Assembly (NCBI GenBank): GCA_963814395.1
Contig: CAWFCS010000004.1
Location: 20,862-84,861, forward strand
Direction of reading: 5' to 3'
Length of the DNA stretch: 64,000 bases
From: an uncultured Acidobacteriota bacterium
Lineage (GTDB): Bacteria; Acidobacteriota; Vicinamibacteria; Vicinamibacterales; UBA2999
In this document: piece by piece, positions 62,213 to 64,000 of the stretch
Numbering within the stretch: the first letter of the stretch is position 1
Layout of the letters: each line of letters starts with the position of its first letter
Program-made: the position numbers and the translations under genes
Notes under the pieces: model-generated
The model's input: only the letters and a program-made list of their open reading frames with translations
Databases searched by the model: none
What the model was told of the DNA's origin: nothing

Positions 62213-63797
62213 TCAGCGCGCCAGGCCCAGACCACGCAGCGTGGCCCGTGGGTTGATCAGTCCGGCGCCGTATTGATCGTCGCGGCCGGCGGCCCCGCGG
62301 TCGGTGGCGAACTGTTTCATGGCGGCCTCGATGGCCGCCGGGTTCGTGAGGCCCTGTTGCCGCAGCAGCGCGGCGAAGCCGGCCACGTGGGGCGTCGCCA
62401 TCGACGTGCCCTGCACGAAGTAGAACCGGAACGCGTCGAAGCGCGGCGTGCGGAAGAGCGCGGGTCCGAGCGTGTAGGTCATGCTGAGGTCCTGGTCGAC
62501 CATCTGCTGCAGGATTCCGCCCTCACGCAGACTGCCCGCGGCGCGTGAGTCGCCGCCCGGCGCCGAGAGCTCCACGTAGCTGCCCGTCGTGGAGTAGTAG
62601 GCAGCGGCCAGGCCGCGGCCCACCGCGCCCACGGCCACCGCGCCGTCGATTCGCGCCGCGAACTCGGCCGATCGATTGGGCCGGTTCAGGCCGGCCCCGT
62701 CGTTGCCCGCCGCGATCACCACGAACACGCCCTTCGACACCGCGTAGCGCACGGCCTCTTCCACCGCCGTCGCCGCGCCGCCGTCTTCACGGCCGATGCT
62801 CATGTTGATCACGTGCGCGCCGTTGTCGGCCGCGTAGCGGATACCTCGAGCGACGACGTCGTCGGTGCCGACGTTAGGGCTCTCGAAGATGTCGTCCCAC
62901 AGCTCCGCGATCACCTTCACCGGCATGATGCGCACGTTGTAGGCCATGCCGGCCACGCCCACGCCGTTGTTGGTGGTCTGGCCGATGGTGCCGGCCACGT
63001 GCGTGCCATGGCCGTCGAGATCGAGCGGCAGGTCGTCATCCCAGATCAGATCGCGAGGCGCCACGAAGCGTGACGCCGGCCCGAGGTCGGGCGCGGCGGC
63101 AAACGGCACATCGACGAGCCCCAGCGCCGGATAGATCGGGCCGCCGGTTTCGAGCCGGAACGCGTCGGCGCGGTAGCGTACGACCGCGTCCCTGTAGGCC
63201 ACGCCGCTGTCGAGCACGGCCACCGTGACGCTGCTCGTGGCCCCCGGGTTGATGTCCCAGGCGCGTTCCATGTCGATGCGCCGGCAGGTTCCATTGCAGC
63301 GAGTAGAACTCGTCGTTCGGCCGGAACATCGCGTGGTTGACGTAGCGCGCCTGCGCGTACTCCACGTCGGATCGCGCAGCCAGCAGCGCTGCCGCCGCTT
63401 CGGGATCGGCGCTGGCGGGAATGTCCATGATCGCGAAATCGGCGTGAGCGGGATGCGTCAGGTGCTGTCCACCGACGGCCCGCATCGCAGCCGCCTGCGC
63501 CGGTTCGGTGCCGTCGCGGAACTTCACGATCAGCGACCCGCGGGCGAACCGCTCGCGGGGGGTGCCCGAGGGAGGCTGGAACTGCGCGCCACGCTGGCTG
63601 CGATCGACGGGATCGATGGTCTGATCGTGCTCGGCGAGGCCACGGTCGAGGCCGGGCACGGCCAGGTCGTCGACGAGCAGCCGGCCGGCGGCGCCAACCG
63701 GCAGCTGACGGCCCGCTGGAGTGCTCGTCGCGAGGGCCAAGGCGCTCGCAGCCGCGAGGCCGGCGCCAGCCAGGCGGTGCCGGAACGAATGTGTCAT
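62213..63797 (-). pseudogene. S8 family (subtilisin-like) serine peptidase with an N-terminal propeptide, one +1 frameshift near 63278
   Basis: A signal peptide and an I9-like propeptide (LIVKFRDG..) come first. The catalytic triad contexts are VAVLDSGV, HGTHVAGTI and GTSMATPHVAG. ORFs 63036..63971 and 62213..63271 join across CCGGCG-C-ATCGACATGGAACGC (WNLPAIDMERAW). Confidence 0.85.
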
Positions 63798-63831
63798 GCG
63801 ACCTCGAATGCGGCGGGCAGGCCGCTCGATT

Positions 63832-64000
63832 CTACTTCGGCGGCGCGATCGGGCGCGCGCTCGCCGTAAGCGGCCGCCCCTCGACGCCGGTGAGCGTGAG
63901 GCCGACCGTGGCGGCGAGCGTGGGCGCGGCATCGGCGGGCGTCGCGGCGGCCTGGTAGCGTCCCGGCGCAAACGGGGCGCCGAGGAACACGAGTGGCACA
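63832..64000 (-). CDS. 3' end of a gene running off the window (possibly an alkaline phosphatase / phosphodiesterase family protein)
   Basis: An open frame from the window edge reads VPLVFLGAPFAPGRYQAAATPADAAPTLAATVGLTLTGVEGRPL..APPK, then TAG at 63832-63834. It resembles the C-termini of type I phosphodiesterase / AlkP-superfamily enzymes. This is a weak call. Confidence 0.35.
   Translation of the reverse strand, partial: VPLVFLGAPFAPGRYQAAATPADAAPTLAATVGLTLTGVEGRPLTASARPIAPPK

Overview
The window is high-GC (roughly 68-70% by eye) bacterial chromosome made mostly of housekeeping operons. An acidobacterial-type VWFA protein and an Oar-like TonB-dependent receptor suggest Acidobacteriota, but that is inference only. 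Recognisable blocks are: smc; the minus-strand translation operon rimP-nusA-infB-rbfA-nrnA-truB-rpsO-pnp with rimO upstream; asnS with an amgK/murU-like cell-wall recycling pair; htrA and an M24 peptidase; glgP; tRNA-Leu(CAG); udk; leuABCD with a divergent LysR regulator; a 1000-aa BNR/sortilin-like protein; a PpiD-like chaperone; a GAF-GGDEF cyclase; mreBCD-mrdA-rodA-rng; and an OMP, ATL and S8 protease group. Two things stand out. (1) A dispersed family of strict 7-nt tandem arrays (GGGACTR, complement YAGTCCC) uses the same heptamer as cyanobacterial STRR1. Two copies are ~140-160 bp composite palindromic elements with a shared terminator hairpin core, one array lies inside the rimO coding sequence, and two arrays supply the TAG stop codon of a gene. 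I consider this the most novel signal, but I found no new protein-based system such as a defence island, CRISPR array or mobile element. (2) At least 37 reading-frame breaks occur in 18 otherwise well-conserved genes, several of them essential. Every break I could resolve is a +1 single-base insertion, and the breaks are strongly clustered. I read this as insertion-biased sequencing or assembly error, not biology. Genes carrying breaks are listed as full-length frameshifted loci (type pseudogene) with that caveat. All product calls rest on motifs I recognised in the supplied translations; no database search was run.
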